DNA of 51,509 bases from Cyanobacteria bacterium P01_A01_bin.123. GTDB taxonomy: Bacteria; Cyanobacteriota; Cyanobacteriia; Phormidesmidales; Phormidesmidaceae. Where the stretch lies: the NCBI GenBank assembly GCA_039815185.1, contig JBCBZT010000053.1, positions 1 through 51,509 of the forward strand. The letters run 5' to 3'. Both the position numbers and the translations under genes were made by a program. Below are positions 30,910-41,898 of the stretch, piece after piece; the stretch's first letter is position 1; each line of letters starts with the position of its first letter. The notes beneath the pieces were generated by a model that was not told where the DNA came from, searched no databases, and saw only the letters and a list, made by a program, of their open reading frames with translations.

Positions 30910-30985
30910 ATCATACCAGCCACAGCCAAAAAGTTTTGTATCAAAGATCCCAAACTTTTTGGGGCAAACTTGTATCAAATCGTTC
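30910..30985 (-). promoter_or_regulatory. Putative NtcA-type promoter for glsF with two degenerate NtcA boxes
   Basis: Minus strand GGG-ATCTTTGA-TAC (30951-30938), then exactly 22 nt, then TATGAT (30915-30910, preceded by TGG). A second box GAA-CGATTTGA-TAC lies at 30985-30972. Confidence 0.45.
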
Positions 30986-31202
30986 CAGATTCACCGATTC
31001 TACTCACACTTGCCTGAAAGTTCTGGAATCGTCTGTAGGTTCAGTCACCTCAGCTAACCGTGTATCACCACGGGCATTGTTAAAGATGACTCAACCGTTT
31101 GCCCATTTTCCTATCAAGGTTTCTGGATCATGATGGCAAAATCTAGCCTTATTCAAGCAGGTGATAAACCTATGATCTCTATTCTAAGTTTCCTTAATCT
31201 AG

Positions 31203-33065
31203 ATGGCTATTTTGCTCGGGACTAAAAAGCAATGGAGCTCAGCTCCAACGCATTCTGCGATGAAATTCAAGTCTTTTCTACTCAGTAGTACTTTGGTGCT
31301 GGGGGCATTGTTCAACCCACCCCTGGCTAAAGCAAATATTGCTGCTGTGAGTATTCTTGGGCAACGCCTGCGCCTGTTTTCTACCAGCATTCTGATTGCC
31401 CAGTCAGTTCAATCGGCGGCAGATCAGGGAAACACCATCAACCTAAACGGACGGCAGATCGCAGCAGCTTGGGAGGTGCGACTCGATCGGATTGGCATTG
31501 CCGATCTCGATTTACTGCAAGATCTAGGTGTAGAACTGCTGAATACTAACGATGCTAGCCAGCAACCCGTGCAGTGGTTTAGCGATCCCGATCAAACACC
31601 CCTAAGTCTCAAGACTTGGCATGACGGGCAGCATCGACACCTTGACATTACCGATTTAGCCCAGGCCAAAGGTTGGATCCTAGAGGTAACAGGGAATACC
31701 TTGCAAATCAACCTCCCGCCCAGCCAAGTATTAGCGCTCCGTCACGGGCCACAAACCTGGGGCGATCGTGTGGTTGTTGATTTGGCTCAACCCGCTGCTG
31801 TGAGTCTGCAAGAACAACCCGGTAGCTTCACCGTTACCCTGGACGGATCTGCTGCCGCTGGCGTGCTCAGCGGCTTTGCGACTCAACCTGGCGTGCTGCT
31901 CGACCAACTGCAAGCCACCAGCAATGGACAGCAAACCGTGATTCGGGGGCAAATTGACCGCAGCGCTAGGGTTCGCTTGTCAACATTGCCCAATCCGAAT
32001 CGGATCGTCATCGACATTCGCGCTGATGCGCTCGTCCCCCGAGATATTCTTTGGGCCCCCGGAGTGCGGTGGCGACAGCAGTATGTGGCTGTCGGGGGTA
32101 ATCCGTTCCCGGTATACAGCGTTGAGGCCGATTTGCGCCAACCCAACCTGTCCTTGCGATCGATTTGGACCGAGCCTTCTACCATCTCTGGCATTACACC
32201 ACTGATAACCCTGGCAAATCAGTGGCAGGCGGCGATCGCGATCAATGGCGGCTTCTTTAACCGCAACAACCGCCACCCTTTAGGTGCTATCCGCCATGAC
32301 AACCAGTGGATTTCTGGCCCGATTTTAGGTCGAGGCGCGATCGCCTGGAACGACGCGGGCGATTTATACTTTGGCCGCCTTGCCTTACAGCAAAGTCTCA
32401 CTACCAGCAACGGCCAGCAGTTTCCAATCAACGCTGTCAACAGCGGCTATGTGCAGGCAGGCATTGGCCTATACACCCCAACTTGGGGGGCCACATACAC
32501 CCCGATATTAGACAACGAAACCGTGGTGGTAGTGGCCAATGATCAAGTCGTGAAGCACCAGGCGGGCGGCACAGCAGGACATCTAGCCATCACGATTCCC
32601 CAAGATGGTTATCTATTAGCAACCCGCGCCTATTCTACAGCCGTCAACGCCCTACCACCCGGCACCCAAATTGAACGGACTACGGCCACTGTCCCCGATG
32701 CTTTTGAAGCTTATCCAGAAATTATGGGTGGCGGACCATTGCTGGTTGCGAATCGAACAATTGTACTCAGTGCCCAAACCGAACAATTCAGTCAGGCGTT
32801 CGCAACCCAATCTGCACCCCGCAGCGCCGTGGGCAAAACTGCTGATGGGCAACTCATGATTGTCACAGTGCATCATCGTCCCGGTGGCAGCGGCCCCAGC
32901 TTGCACCAATTGGCCGACATCATGGTACAGCTGGGCTGCACAGACGCCCTGAATCTAGATGGCGGCAGTTCATCTAGCCTTTATTTTGCGGGCACTCTAC
33001 TCAATCGAGATCCACAGACAGCTGCTCGGGTCAACAATGGCCTTGGTCTCTTTTTAGCCCCCTAG
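31203..33065 (+). CDS. Phosphodiester glycosidase (NAGPA/DUF2233) family exported protein
   Basis: AINGGFF, GGGPLL, APRSAVG and ALNLDGGSS motifs. The start may be 31260. Confidence 0.85.
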   Translation: MAILLGTKKQWSSAPTHSAMKFKSFLLSSTLVLGALFNPPLAKANIAAVSILGQRLRLFSTSILIAQSVQSAADQGNTINLNGRQIAAAWEVRLDRIGIADLDLLQDLGVELLNTNDASQQPVQWFSDPDQTPLSLKTWHDGQHRHLDITDLAQAKGWILEVTGNTLQINLPPSQVLALRHGPQTWGDRVVVDLAQPAAVSLQEQPGSFTVTLDGSAAAGVLSGFATQPGVLLDQLQATSNGQQTVIRGQIDRSARVRLSTLPNPNRIVIDIRADALVPRDILWAPGVRWRQQYVAVGGNPFPVYSVEADLRQPNLSLRSIWTEPSTISGITPLITLANQWQAAIAINGGFFNRNNRHPLGAIRHDNQWISGPILGRGAIAWNDAGDLYFGRLALQQSLTTSNGQQFPINAVNSGYVQAGIGLYTPTWGATYTPILDNETVVVVANDQVVKHQAGGTAGHLAITIPQDGYLLATRAYSTAVNALPPGTQIERTTATVPDAFEAYPEIMGGGPLLVANRTIVLSAQTEQFSQAFATQSAPRSAVGKTADGQLMIVTVHHRPGGSGPSLHQLADIMVQLGCTDALNLDGGSSSSLYFAGTLLNRDPQTAARVNNGLGLFLAP

Positions 33066-33487
33066 CCTGGGAATTTGTCTTCAGAACGCCACAACTAACC
33101 CTAATGGAATTTGATGCACACGCCCTGAGTTAATTCCAAACTCAAATTAATCAAATTTTATTCAACCCTCCGAGGCTGCATGAAGACTTGGTATGGATGC
33201 TTAGTTGTTAAGAATCGACTTGAATTTGCCAGCTAGACTGTGGAAAGGCCACCTCTGGGCTTGTTGAGTAAATCTAGGGCTAGGGGTGGCTGAGCTTTGA
33301 GCTAGCTTTATGACTCTGGCCCTAATCGAACCTTACGGTTCTAGGGTCAATGGATATTCCGGAAGCAATTGCTTGAATACATTTCTCGAATGCACTGTAT
33401 CTACAGCTATTTTGGGAACTATAAGTCCTGTAGCGCGACATGAATTTTGTTGTTCATTGCTTGTGAGTCTGACAAGGAGAAAACATC

Positions 33488-33919
33488 GTGGTTAAAACTG
33501 TGGTCAAAACTGAAGAGCTTACTCAAACCAATGGCCTGGCCAGCACCAGTGCTAAGAGCGTTGCCGCAACAGAACTCCGTCCTTGGGGATCCTTCACAGT
33601 CCTCGAAGAAGCGCGGGGCTACAAGATCAAGCGAATTGAGGTGAAGCCCGGACATCGTCTGAGCTTACAAATGCACCACCATCGTAGCGAGCACTGGATT
33701 GTTGTCTCTGGCACCGCCAAAGTTACCTGTGGTGACAGCGAAGTGCTCCTCTGCACCAATCAGTCGACTTATGTTCCGCCCTGCACTAGCCATCGGCTTG
33801 AAAATTCTGGTGTGATTCCGCTAATTCTGATTGAGGTTCAGAATGGCGAATACTTGGGCGAAGATGACATTGTTCGTTTCCAAGACGACTACTCTCGAGC
33901 TGAAGCGAAAAAAGCTTAG
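33488..33919 (+). CDS. Cupin, mannose-6-phosphate isomerase type II C-terminal domain
   Basis: RPWGSF, LSLQMHHHRSEHWIVVSG, IEVQNGEYLGEDDIVRFQDDY. Confidence 0.92.
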   Translation: MVKTVVKTEELTQTNGLASTSAKSVAATELRPWGSFTVLEEARGYKIKRIEVKPGHRLSLQMHHHRSEHWIVVSGTAKVTCGDSEVLLCTNQSTYVPPCTSHRLENSGVIPLILIEVQNGEYLGEDDIVRFQDDYSRAEAKKA

Positions 33920-34022
33920 GGGCTTGATATTCAGACATCGTTGACATTGGCAAACCAGTCTGGAGCTTGGCTGATTCCAAAAGCAAGTACAGGCATAGTT
34001 CACCCAATGTTTAACATTCTCG

Positions 34023-34067
34023 AAAGACCGGAGTTAGGATGAATCGCCTTCCTTGCTCCGGTCTTTT
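34023..34067 (+). terminator. Rho-independent terminator-like hairpin
   Basis: 11-bp inverted repeat AAAGACCGGAG...CTCCGGTCTTT ending in a T run. Confidence 0.55.
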
Positions 34068-34149
34068 AGTCGTCGAGAATTACTGCTAATTGGAAGCAGT
34101 CTTTGGTTTACAATGTGACTCCCTAGTACTGAACCGTAATAGATAGTCC

Positions 34150-34506
34150 ATGCTGCATCTGAGTACGTCTGCTATCAAAGAAATTAGTCGTCTCCATGGC
34201 AAACATCCCGCGACTGTCACGGTCTGTCGAATTGGCGTCAAGGTAGGGGGCTGTTCTGGCTGGTACTACACCTTAGCTTTCGATGAAACGTTGCAAGCTG
34301 ATGATATCGTTCAATCCATTGCTGACAATATTCGTATTGCAGTAGATGTCCAAGCGCAGCCTTATCTGGAAGGGGTTACCGTTGACTATTCTGAAGATTT
34401 AATGGGGGGCGGGTTTCGCTTCGAAAATCCCAACGCGGCTCAACATTGCGGTTGCGGTCATTCCTTCACGATCGCGACAGATCAAGCGGTTCAACTTAGC
34501 GATTGA
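34150..34506 (+). CDS. HesB/IscA family Fe-S assembly protein
   Basis: GGCSG, DYSEDLMGGGFRFENPNA, CGCGHSF. Confidence 0.92.
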   Translation: MLHLSTSAIKEISRLHGKHPATVTVCRIGVKVGGCSGWYYTLAFDETLQADDIVQSIADNIRIAVDVQAQPYLEGVTVDYSEDLMGGGFRFENPNAAQHCGCGHSFTIATDQAVQLSD

Positions 34507-34532
34507 CAAATGCCCGTCAAACTAGGTACCAT
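34503..34532 (+). promoter_or_regulatory. Sigma70-type promoter of the str operon
   Basis: TTGACA (34503-08), 18-nt spacer, TACCAT (34527-32), 55 nt upstream of rpsL. Confidence 0.6.
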
Positions 34533-34587
34533 CGAACTTCGTGACAAGTTTTAAAGATTGACAATAAAGCGCCAGTAACGACCTCAT

Positions 34588-34962
34588 ATGCCCACTATTC
34601 AACAGCTCATTCGCAGCGAACGGTTCAACGCCAAGAAACAGACCAAGTCTCCCGCTCTTAAAAGCTGTCCCCAGCGTCGCGGGGTCTGCACTCGTGTCTA
34701 TACAACAACCCCAAAAAAGCCCAACTCAGCCTTAAGAAAAGTGGCTCGGGTTCGCCTGACCTCTGGATTTGAGGTCACTGCGTACATTCCGGGCATTGGC
34801 CATAACCTGCAAGAGCACTCAGTGGTGATGATTCGTGGCGGTCGTGTAAAAGATTTGCCTGGTGTTCGCTATCACATTATCCGAGGCACGTTGGATACCG
34901 CAGGCGTTAAGGATCGCAAGCAAGGACGCTCTAAGTATGGTGCCAAGCGTCCCAAGGGCTAG
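34588..34962 (+). CDS. rpsL: 30S ribosomal protein S12
   Basis: [25 protein letters not shown]. Confidence 0.99.
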   Translation: MPTIQQLIRSERFNAKKQTKSPALKSCPQRRGVCTRVYTTTPKKPNSALRKVARVRLTSGFEVTAYIPGIGHNLQEHSVVMIRGGRVKDLPGVRYHIIRGTLDTAGVKDRKQGRSKYGAKRPKG

Positions 34963-35028
34963 AGTTCTAGGTTTTAAGCGGTTTTATCATTACATTTCAT
35001 CAGTTTTTGCCAAGTAGGATTTGAGGAC

Positions 35029-35499
35029 ATGTCTCGTCGTTCTAAAGCTCAGAAGCGCCCAGTTCCCCCCGATTCCGTGTACAACAGCCGCCTGGTCAGC
35101 ATGATGGCTCGACGGGTGATGCGGGATGGTAAGAAGTCGACCGCAATTCGTTTGATTTATAGCGCTTTCAAAATTATTGAAGAGCGTAGCGGCGGCGATC
35201 CCCTAGAGGTTTTTGAAACCGCTGTTCGTAACACTACCCCCTTAGTAGAGGTTAAGGCGCGCCGGGTAGGGGGCGCGACCTACCAGGTGCCGATGGAAGT
35301 ACGTCCTGAGCGAGGCACAGCATTGTCTCTACGTTGGCTGACTCAATTTTCTCGCCAGCGAGCGGGGAAGAGCATGTCCAGTCGTTTGGCAAACGAGCTG
35401 ATGGATGCAGCGAATGAAACGGGTAGTGCAGTTCGTCGTCGTGAGGAAACCCACCGCATGGCAGAGGCGAATAAGGCCTTTGCCCACTATCGTTACTGA
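35029..35499 (+). CDS. rpsG: 30S ribosomal protein S7
   Basis: [26 protein letters not shown]. Confidence 0.99.
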   Translation: MSRRSKAQKRPVPPDSVYNSRLVSMMARRVMRDGKKSTAIRLIYSAFKIIEERSGGDPLEVFETAVRNTTPLVEVKARRVGGATYQVPMEVRPERGTALSLRWLTQFSRQRAGKSMSSRLANELMDAANETGSAVRRREETHRMAEANKAFAHYRY

Positions 35500-35665
35500 T
35501 GGTTCAGTCCTGTTACTGAGTTCGGATGTGCGTAGGTTTGGCTGAAGTTACTGGTAGTTTTAATCTCGGCCACATCATCCGTACCTTTCCTTAAGCTAAA
35601 ATTTCAAATTTCAAAGTTGGATGTGGTTTTCATCTCAGTGATTCGGCAACCAGGAGGAGGTTGTA

Positions 35666-37744
35666 GTGGTACGTAAAACCCTGCTAGAAAAAGTTAGAAA
35701 TATTGGGATTGCAGCCCACATTGATGCGGGTAAAACCACGACAACGGAACGCATCCTGTTTTATTCCGGCATCGTCCACAAAATTGGCGAGGTTCACGAT
35801 GGCAATGCCGTGACAGACTGGATGGCCCAGGAGCGGGAGCGCGGTATTACCATTACAGCAGCGGCGATCAGTACCCAGTGGCGTGACAACCAGATCAATA
35901 TCATTGATACCCCCGGCCACGTCGACTTTACTATTGAGGTGGAGCGCTCCATGCGCGTTCTCGATGGGGTGATTGTGGTGTTGTCCTCAGTAGATGGGGT
36001 GCAGCCTCAAACCGAGACGGTTTGGCGGCAGGCTGACCGTTACACAGTACCGAGGATAATTTTCGTCAATAAGATGGATCGTACGGGCGCAAACTTTTAC
36101 AAAGTCTATGAAAATGTTCGCGATCGCCTACGAACCAACGCAGTACCCATTCAACTTCCTGTGGGCAGTGAGGATGGCTTTCGGGGCGTGATTGATTTGG
36201 TGCGGATGCGGGCTCGCATCTATAACGACGATCTGGGTCAAGACATGGATGATACCGCCATCCCAGAAGAGATGCAGGAGCAGGCAGAGCAGTATCACAG
36301 AATTTTGGTTGAAGCTGTAGCCGAAACCAACGACGACCTGATGCTGAAGTATTTGGAAGAAGAAAGCCTGAGTGAAGCGGAAATTGCTGCGGCACTCCGC
36401 CAAGGCGCGATCGCGGGAACAATTGTTCCTATGCTGTGTGGTTCTGCCTTTAAAAATAAGGGTGTTCAGCTTTTGTTGGATGCCGTTGTAGATTATCTCC
36501 CGGCCCCCATTGAAGTTCCCCCCATTCAGGGTCTTTTGCCCAATGGTGAGTCAGCTGTACGCCATGCCAACGATGAAGAACCTTTGGCAGCTTTGGCTTT
36601 CAAAGTGATGGCGGATCCCTATGGCCGTCTTACTTTTATTCGGGTTTATTCGGGTGTTTTAAACAAGGGTAGCTATGTCTACAATGCGACTAAGGACTTG
36701 AAAGAGCGTATTTCTCGTTTAATTGTCCTCAAAGCCGATGACCGGATTGAAGTTGATGAGCTAAGGGCTGGAGATTTAGGAGCTGTTTTGGGGCTTAAGA
36801 CAACCGCAACGGGGGATACAATTTGCGATGATCGCAACTCAATTGTGTTGGAATCCCTCTATATTCCCGAACCTGTTATTTCCGTCGCAATTGAGCCAAA
36901 AACAAAACCAGATATGGAGAAGCTGGTGAAGGCGCTTCAGTCACTCTCTGATGAAGATCCAACCTTTCGGGTCAGCACTGATCCTGAAACCAACCAAACC
37001 GTGATTGCCGGGATGGGTGAGCTGCATCTTGAGATCCTGGTAGATCGGATGCTGCGGGAATTTAAGGTAGAAGCCAACATTGGTGCTCCCCAGGTGGCCT
37101 ACCGTGAAACCATTCGCAAAAACGTGACCACCGAGGGCAAGTTCGTGCGCCAAAGTGGCGGTAAGGGCCAATATGGGCACGTCGTAATTGAATTGGAACC
37201 CGGCGAATCCGGTAGTGGCTTCGAATTTGCCTCCAAGATTGTTGGAGGTAAAATTCCTAGGGAATACATTTCTCCTGCTGAGCAGGGCATGAAAGAAGCT
37301 TGTGAATCTGGTATCCTAGCTGGGTATCCGGTCATCGACTTGAAAGTTGCATTGGTGGACGGTTCGTACCACGATGTAGACTCTTCTGAAATGGCGTTTA
37401 AGATTGCTGGCTCCATAGCAATCAAAGACGCCGTTATGAAAGCTTCGCCCGTTCTGCTTGAACCCATGATGAAGGTTGAAGTTGAAGTTCCAGAAGATTT
37501 TCTGGGAGATATTATGGGAGACCTAAACTCTCGTCGTGGGCAAATTGAGGGAATGGGATCTGAAGATGGATTGGCCAAGGTATCCGCAAAGGTTCCTCTG
37601 GCTGAGATGTTTGGCTATGCCACTGACATCCGCTCCAAAACGCAGGGTCGAGGCATATTTTCTATGGAGTTCAGCCAATATGAAGAGGTACCTCGGAATG
37701 TGGCTGAAGCAATCATCGCTAAAAGTAAAGGGACGCTTAGATAG
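35666..37744 (+). CDS. fusA: Elongation factor G
   Basis: [37 protein letters not shown] precedes GTG. Confidence 0.99.
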   Translation: MVRKTLLEKVRNIGIAAHIDAGKTTTTERILFYSGIVHKIGEVHDGNAVTDWMAQERERGITITAAAISTQWRDNQINIIDTPGHVDFTIEVERSMRVLDGVIVVLSSVDGVQPQTETVWRQADRYTVPRIIFVNKMDRTGANFYKVYENVRDRLRTNAVPIQLPVGSEDGFRGVIDLVRMRARIYNDDLGQDMDDTAIPEEMQEQAEQYHRILVEAVAETNDDLMLKYLEEESLSEAEIAAALRQGAIAGTIVPMLCGSAFKNKGVQLLLDAVVDYLPAPIEVPPIQGLLPNGESAVRHANDEEPLAALAFKVMADPYGRLTFIRVYSGVLNKGSYVYNATKDLKERISRLIVLKADDRIEVDELRAGDLGAVLGLKTTATGDTICDDRNSIVLESLYIPEPVISVAIEPKTKPDMEKLVKALQSLSDEDPTFRVSTDPETNQTVIAGMGELHLEILVDRMLREFKVEANIGAPQVAYRETIRKNVTTEGKFVRQSGGKGQYGHVVIELEPGESGSGFEFASKIVGGKIPREYISPAEQGMKEACESGILAGYPVIDLKVALVDGSYHDVDSSEMAFKIAGSIAIKDAVMKASPVLLEPMMKVEVEVPEDFLGDIMGDLNSRRGQIEGMGSEDGLAKVSAKVPLAEMFGYATDIRSKTQGRGIFSMEFSQYEEVPRNVAEAIIAKSKGTLR

Positions 37745-37762
37745 TAGGGATACGTAATATTC

Positions 37763-38992
37763 ATGGCACGCGCAAAGTTTGAAAGAAACAAACCCCACGT
37801 CAACATTGGCACTATCGGCCACGTTGATCATGGCAAAACGACCTTAACCGCAGCAATTACGATGACTCTGGCCGCCGCAGGTGGTGCATTAGCTCGTAAA
37901 TATGACGAAATCGATGCTGCACCTGAAGAGAAGGCTCGGGGGATCACCATTAATACAGCCCACGTAGAGTACGAGACGGAAAACCGTCATTATGCTCACG
38001 TAGATTGCCCTGGTCACGCTGACTATGTCAAGAATATGATCACTGGCGCGGCGCAAATGGATGGTGCAATTCTAGTGGTTTCTGCCGCAGATGGCCCCAT
38101 GCCCCAGACCCGTGAACACATTTTGTTGGCGAAGCAGGTTGGGGTTCCCAGCATTGTGGTTTTCCTGAATAAACAAGATCAAGTAGACGATGAAGAACTG
38201 CTTGAGCTCGTTGATCTGGAAGTGCGTGAATTGCTCAGTTCCTATGATTTTCCAGGTGACGATATCCCCATCGTTTCGGGTTCGGCGCTGATGGCGGTTG
38301 AAGCGCTAACGACAACACCTGCAACTGCTAAAGGTGATAACGAGTGGGTAGATAAGATTCTGGATCTGATGGATCAAGTCGATGAGTACATCCCAACACC
38401 CGAGCGGGACGTAGATAAACCCTTCTTGATGGCGGTTGAAGATGTTTTCTCGATTACGGGTCGGGGTACTGTTGCGACAGGCCGGATTGAGCGGGGTATT
38501 GTCAAAGTTGGCGAAACCGTAGAGTTAGTTGGCATTCGTGATACCCGCAGCACTACGGTCACCGGAGTCGAAATGTTCCAGAAAACCTTGGATGAAGGCC
38601 AAGCTGGTGATAACGTCGGTGTCTTGCTTCGAGGTGTTCAAAAGGCTGATATTGAGCGGGGTATGGTGTTAGCTAAGCCCGGTAGTATCACGCCCCACAC
38701 CAAGTTCCAGGCTGAGGTTTATGTCTTAAAGAAAGAAGAAGGTGGCCGTCATACCCCATTCTTCCCGGGTTATAAACCTCAATTCTATGTTCGAACCACT
38801 GATGTAACCGGCACTATTGCTAGCTTTACAGCGGACGATGGCAGCGATGCTGAGATGGTGATGCCTGGCGATCGCATCAAGATGAATGTTGAACTAATTA
38901 ACCCTGTAGCCATTGAGCAAGGAATGCGCTTTGCAATTCGCGAAGGTGGCCGTACCGTAGGTGCGGGGGTTGTGGCAAAGATCGTTCAATAA
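37763..38992 (+). CDS. tuf: Elongation factor Tu
   Basis: [31 protein letters not shown]. Confidence 0.99.
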   Translation: MARAKFERNKPHVNIGTIGHVDHGKTTLTAAITMTLAAAGGALARKYDEIDAAPEEKARGITINTAHVEYETENRHYAHVDCPGHADYVKNMITGAAQMDGAILVVSAADGPMPQTREHILLAKQVGVPSIVVFLNKQDQVDDEELLELVDLEVRELLSSYDFPGDDIPIVSGSALMAVEALTTTPATAKGDNEWVDKILDLMDQVDEYIPTPERDVDKPFLMAVEDVFSITGRGTVATGRIERGIVKVGETVELVGIRDTRSTTVTGVEMFQKTLDEGQAGDNVGVLLRGVQKADIERGMVLAKPGSITPHTKFQAEVYVLKKEEGGRHTPFFPGYKPQFYVRTTDVTGTIASFTADDGSDAEMVMPGDRIKMNVELINPVAIEQGMRFAIREGGRTVGAGVVAKIVQ

Positions 38993-39017
38993 CGAACGAT
39001 TCGCTTAAATGAGCAAC

Positions 39018-39045
39018 GGGGAGCGATCCTGAGATCGCTCCTTCT
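39018..39045 (+). terminator. Stem-loop after tuf (terminator/stabiliser)
   Basis: Perfect 9-bp stem GGAGCGATC-CTGA-GATCGCTCC followed by TTCT. Confidence 0.55.
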
Positions 39046-39159
39046 GCTGTCTCAGGAAATTGGGATTGCCCAGTCGTACTGGTTAAGACCGTAGATGCTT
39101 TAGTGCTTCAACGACGGTCGACTTTGAACCTTGATAACTAAACATATAGAGAGTTTGTG

Positions 39160-39477
39160 ATGGCAACTATTCAGCAGCAAAAAATTCGGATTCGACTAAA
39201 AGCTTTTGATCGGCGTTTGCTAGATACCTCCTGTGAAAAGATTGTCGATACGGCTAATCGAACCAACGCTACAGCGATTGGCCCAATTCCATTACCGACG
39301 AAACGTAGAATTTACTGCGTTCTGCGATCGCCTCACGTCGATAAGGACTCCCGTGAGCATTTTGAGACGCGTACCCATCGACGCATTATTGATATCTATC
39401 AGCCCTCTTCCAAGACGATCGACGCCTTAATGAAGCTAGATTTGCCAGCTGGGGTTGATATTGAAGTCAAGCTCTAA
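39160..39477 (+). CDS. rpsJ: 30S ribosomal protein S10
   Basis: [32 protein letters not shown]. Confidence 0.99.
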   Translation: MATIQQQKIRIRLKAFDRRLLDTSCEKIVDTANRTNATAIGPIPLPTKRRIYCVLRSPHVDKDSREHFETRTHRRIIDIYQPSSKTIDALMKLDLPAGVDIEVKL

Positions 39478-39577
39478 CCAGCCTTTAGCTAGATGCGACG
39501 AATGTTGTGAGAGCTGTTAGGTCAGAGTAAGTTTTCTCTCTAAGGTAAAAATTCTTCGAGCCAGCCACAAACGCACC

Positions 39578-39747
39578 GAAGGCAGAAAGCAGAAGTGATT
39601 AGTCTCCTAAATCCAGCATTCAGAAGACTGAATAATTTTGTGAGCGGAGCACGGCTTGACAAAAAGACATTCTCCTGGGGCTTGATCTACCAGAAAATAA
39701 GTTCAAATATTCCCCTTCTGTCGGTCTAGATCACAGCTTCTGCCTTC
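39578..39747. repeat. About 170-bp element bounded by inverted GAAGGCAGAA repeats (MITE-like)
   Basis: Left end GAAGGCAGAAAGCAGAAGTGAT (39578-99), right end ATCACAGCTTCTGCCTTC (39730-47). Confidence 0.4.
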
Positions 39748-39914
39748 CTTCCGCATCGACTTTTCCGCCATTAGCCAGATACTATGAATCCAAGCACGCC
39801 TGAGGATCTTGCGATAGAATGCTTAGGAATCTGTGCATACCTGGCTCGGCTACAACTAACCAAATACTCGGGCTGGAGTTTTGTCAACATGGGCCTCCTC
39901 ACAAAACACGACTA

Positions 39915-40553
39915 ATGACATCCTCGATTGCTGTTCGAGAGCTTCCTCTGTTTCCGCTACCCGAACTTGTTTTGTTTCCTGGTCGCCGCCTCCCCCTTCA
40001 TATTTTCGAGTTTCGTTATCGCATCATGATGAATACAGTACTCCAGGGCGATCGCCGATTTGGAGTATTAATGTTAGATCCGGCGACGGGTGAACCGGCT
40101 AAGGTCGGCTGTTGTGCAGAGATTGTTAATTACCAGCGACTACCTGATGATCGGATGAAGGTGCTAACAGTCGGTCAGCAGCGGTTTCGAGTGTTAGACT
40201 ACGTCCGTCAAAAGCCCTACAGAGTAGGGTTAGTTGAGTGGCTTGAGGATGGCCCCGCTGAAGAAAATCTTTCTCCTTTGGCGTCAGAAGTAGATCGGCT
40301 CCTGAGAGATGTTGTTCACCTCTCGGCTAAGCTTACGAGTCAAGATATCGATCTACCTGAAAATATTCCTGACTTGCCTCTAGAGCTCTCTTATTGGGTT
40401 GCCGGTAACCTTTATGGTGTAGCAAGTGAACAACAGTCTCTGTTGGAAATGCAAAATACGGCGACTCGATTGGAGCGAGAAGCCGAAATTCTTATGTCAA
40501 CTCGCAACCACCTGGCTGCACGCACAGCCCTCAAAGATGTTCTAGAGGAATAA
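39915..40553 (+). CDS. LON peptidase substrate-binding (N-terminal) domain protein
   Basis: ELPLFPLPELVLFPG, LHIFEFRYRIM, GQQRFRV. Conserved position after rpsJ. Confidence 0.9.
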   Translation: MTSSIAVRELPLFPLPELVLFPGRRLPLHIFEFRYRIMMNTVLQGDRRFGVLMLDPATGEPAKVGCCAEIVNYQRLPDDRMKVLTVGQQRFRVLDYVRQKPYRVGLVEWLEDGPAEENLSPLASEVDRLLRDVVHLSAKLTSQDIDLPENIPDLPLELSYWVAGNLYGVASEQQSLLEMQNTATRLEREAEILMSTRNHLAARTALKDVLEE

Positions 40554-40655
40554 GACTATCCTTTTTGGAGTCGTAAGAACTTCCTGGAGTGACAAGGGCC
40601 AGAGTGATAAGGGATAGGGGCGACTGCTTTGACTGAGCCGGATGATTATAGGCAG

Positions 40656-41510
40656 CTATCTTAGCGTTTGCCAGTCAATAGGGATCGTCTTATAACTGCC
40701 GAAGATCTTGAGCGTTTCTGTGCAGGTTTTGAGGGTAGATAGGGCCAGTTGGGTTGACGGATCTTGAAGGCTGGCTTCTAAATCAATAAAAAACAAATAT
40801 TCGCCGAAGGAGCGCTTGGTCGGACGAGATTCTATGCGGCTCAAGTTGATATCCAGGGTGGAGAAAATTTGCAGCGGTTTCAACAATGCTCCCGGTGCGT
40901 TAATCGGCAAACTAAATGCCAATGAAGTGTAATCACCAACCTCAGAGCGATCAAGGCTCAGGGATAAAAATTTAGTGCAGTTATCAGCATGGTCGTTAAT
41001 GGAATAGGCCAACACAGGTAATTGATAAATCTCAGCGGCCCACTGTGATGCGATCGCCGCTGATGACAACTCATCCGGCAACCAAGCCAAGGCCTCGGTG
41101 GTTGAGTGGGTCGGCACAATTTCGACGGTTGGTAATGTCTGATTGAGCCAGTTCTGGCACTGCGAAAGCGCCTGGGAATGGGAATAAACCCGTTTAATTT
41201 GTTTGAGGTTTTGGGCTCTAGACAAAAGGGCATTAGAAATTGGCAAAATTAGCGCATGGTGAATCGATAAGGTATCCAGTTGCCACAGAGTATCTAGGGT
41301 AATGGTTACGCCACCTTGAATCGAGTTTTCGATGGGCACAACGGCATAGTGACTCACACCATCCGTCGTTGCCTGTAAAGCTTGAGCAATGGTGGGGTAT
41401 GCTTCCAGCGATGCCACTATTCCTTGATGATTGAGCCAACGGGCATAGGCAATCGCAGCAGCCTCCGAATAGGTGCCTTTGGGGCCAAGGTGAGCAATGG
41501 AACAGGGCAT
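40656..41510 (-). CDS. pheA: Prephenate dehydratase
   Basis: LGPKGTYSE, VVPIENS, YSHSQALSQC, ACT-domain IESRP. Confidence 0.93.
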   Translation of the reverse strand: MPCSIAHLGPKGTYSEAAAIAYARWLNHQGIVASLEAYPTIAQALQATTDGVSHYAVVPIENSIQGGVTITLDTLWQLDTLSIHHALILPISNALLSRAQNLKQIKRVYSHSQALSQCQNWLNQTLPTVEIVPTHSTTEALAWLPDELSSAAIASQWAAEIYQLPVLAYSINDHADNCTKFLSLSLDRSEVGDYTSLAFSLPINAPGALLKPLQIFSTLDINLSRIESRPTKRSFGEYLFFIDLEASLQDPSTQLALSTLKTCTETLKIFGSYKTIPIDWQTLR

Positions 41511-41898
41511 TAGTACTCAAAGAACATTGAACCCAGTTTAAACCAATATCAAACGACGACTATCGCCAATGTAATGAGAAGATTGTAAGGGCACTTATGA
41601 AAGTGGCATCGTTGAAAATATCCAATTCCTAGAAAATGCTTTAATGAAAAGTGTTACATTAGTAAATAAATTAATTTTAGAATTAACTACTTTGAAAACT
41701 GCATAAAGCTTGGTGGAGCTATGTTCCTATTGATCTCCTGCAGAGTGATTAGCCCTAGTGAACGCCTATCGACGAAATGCGACTAAGGTTAACCCATATC
41801 AGATTTGTCGCTCGAATAGAAGTTATGGATTTGGATGTGGACGAGGTTTATGTCCCCTGCCAAGATTATTAGACTAAATTGCCTTTTGTTCTACCCTT

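Noticed and set aside
41640..41680. HLR1 (RpaB) site GTTACATT-AG-TAAATAAA in the pheA/DUF1997 divergent region
   Set aside because: One half-site is good but the other matches only 5/8 in AT-rich DNA, too weak to call.
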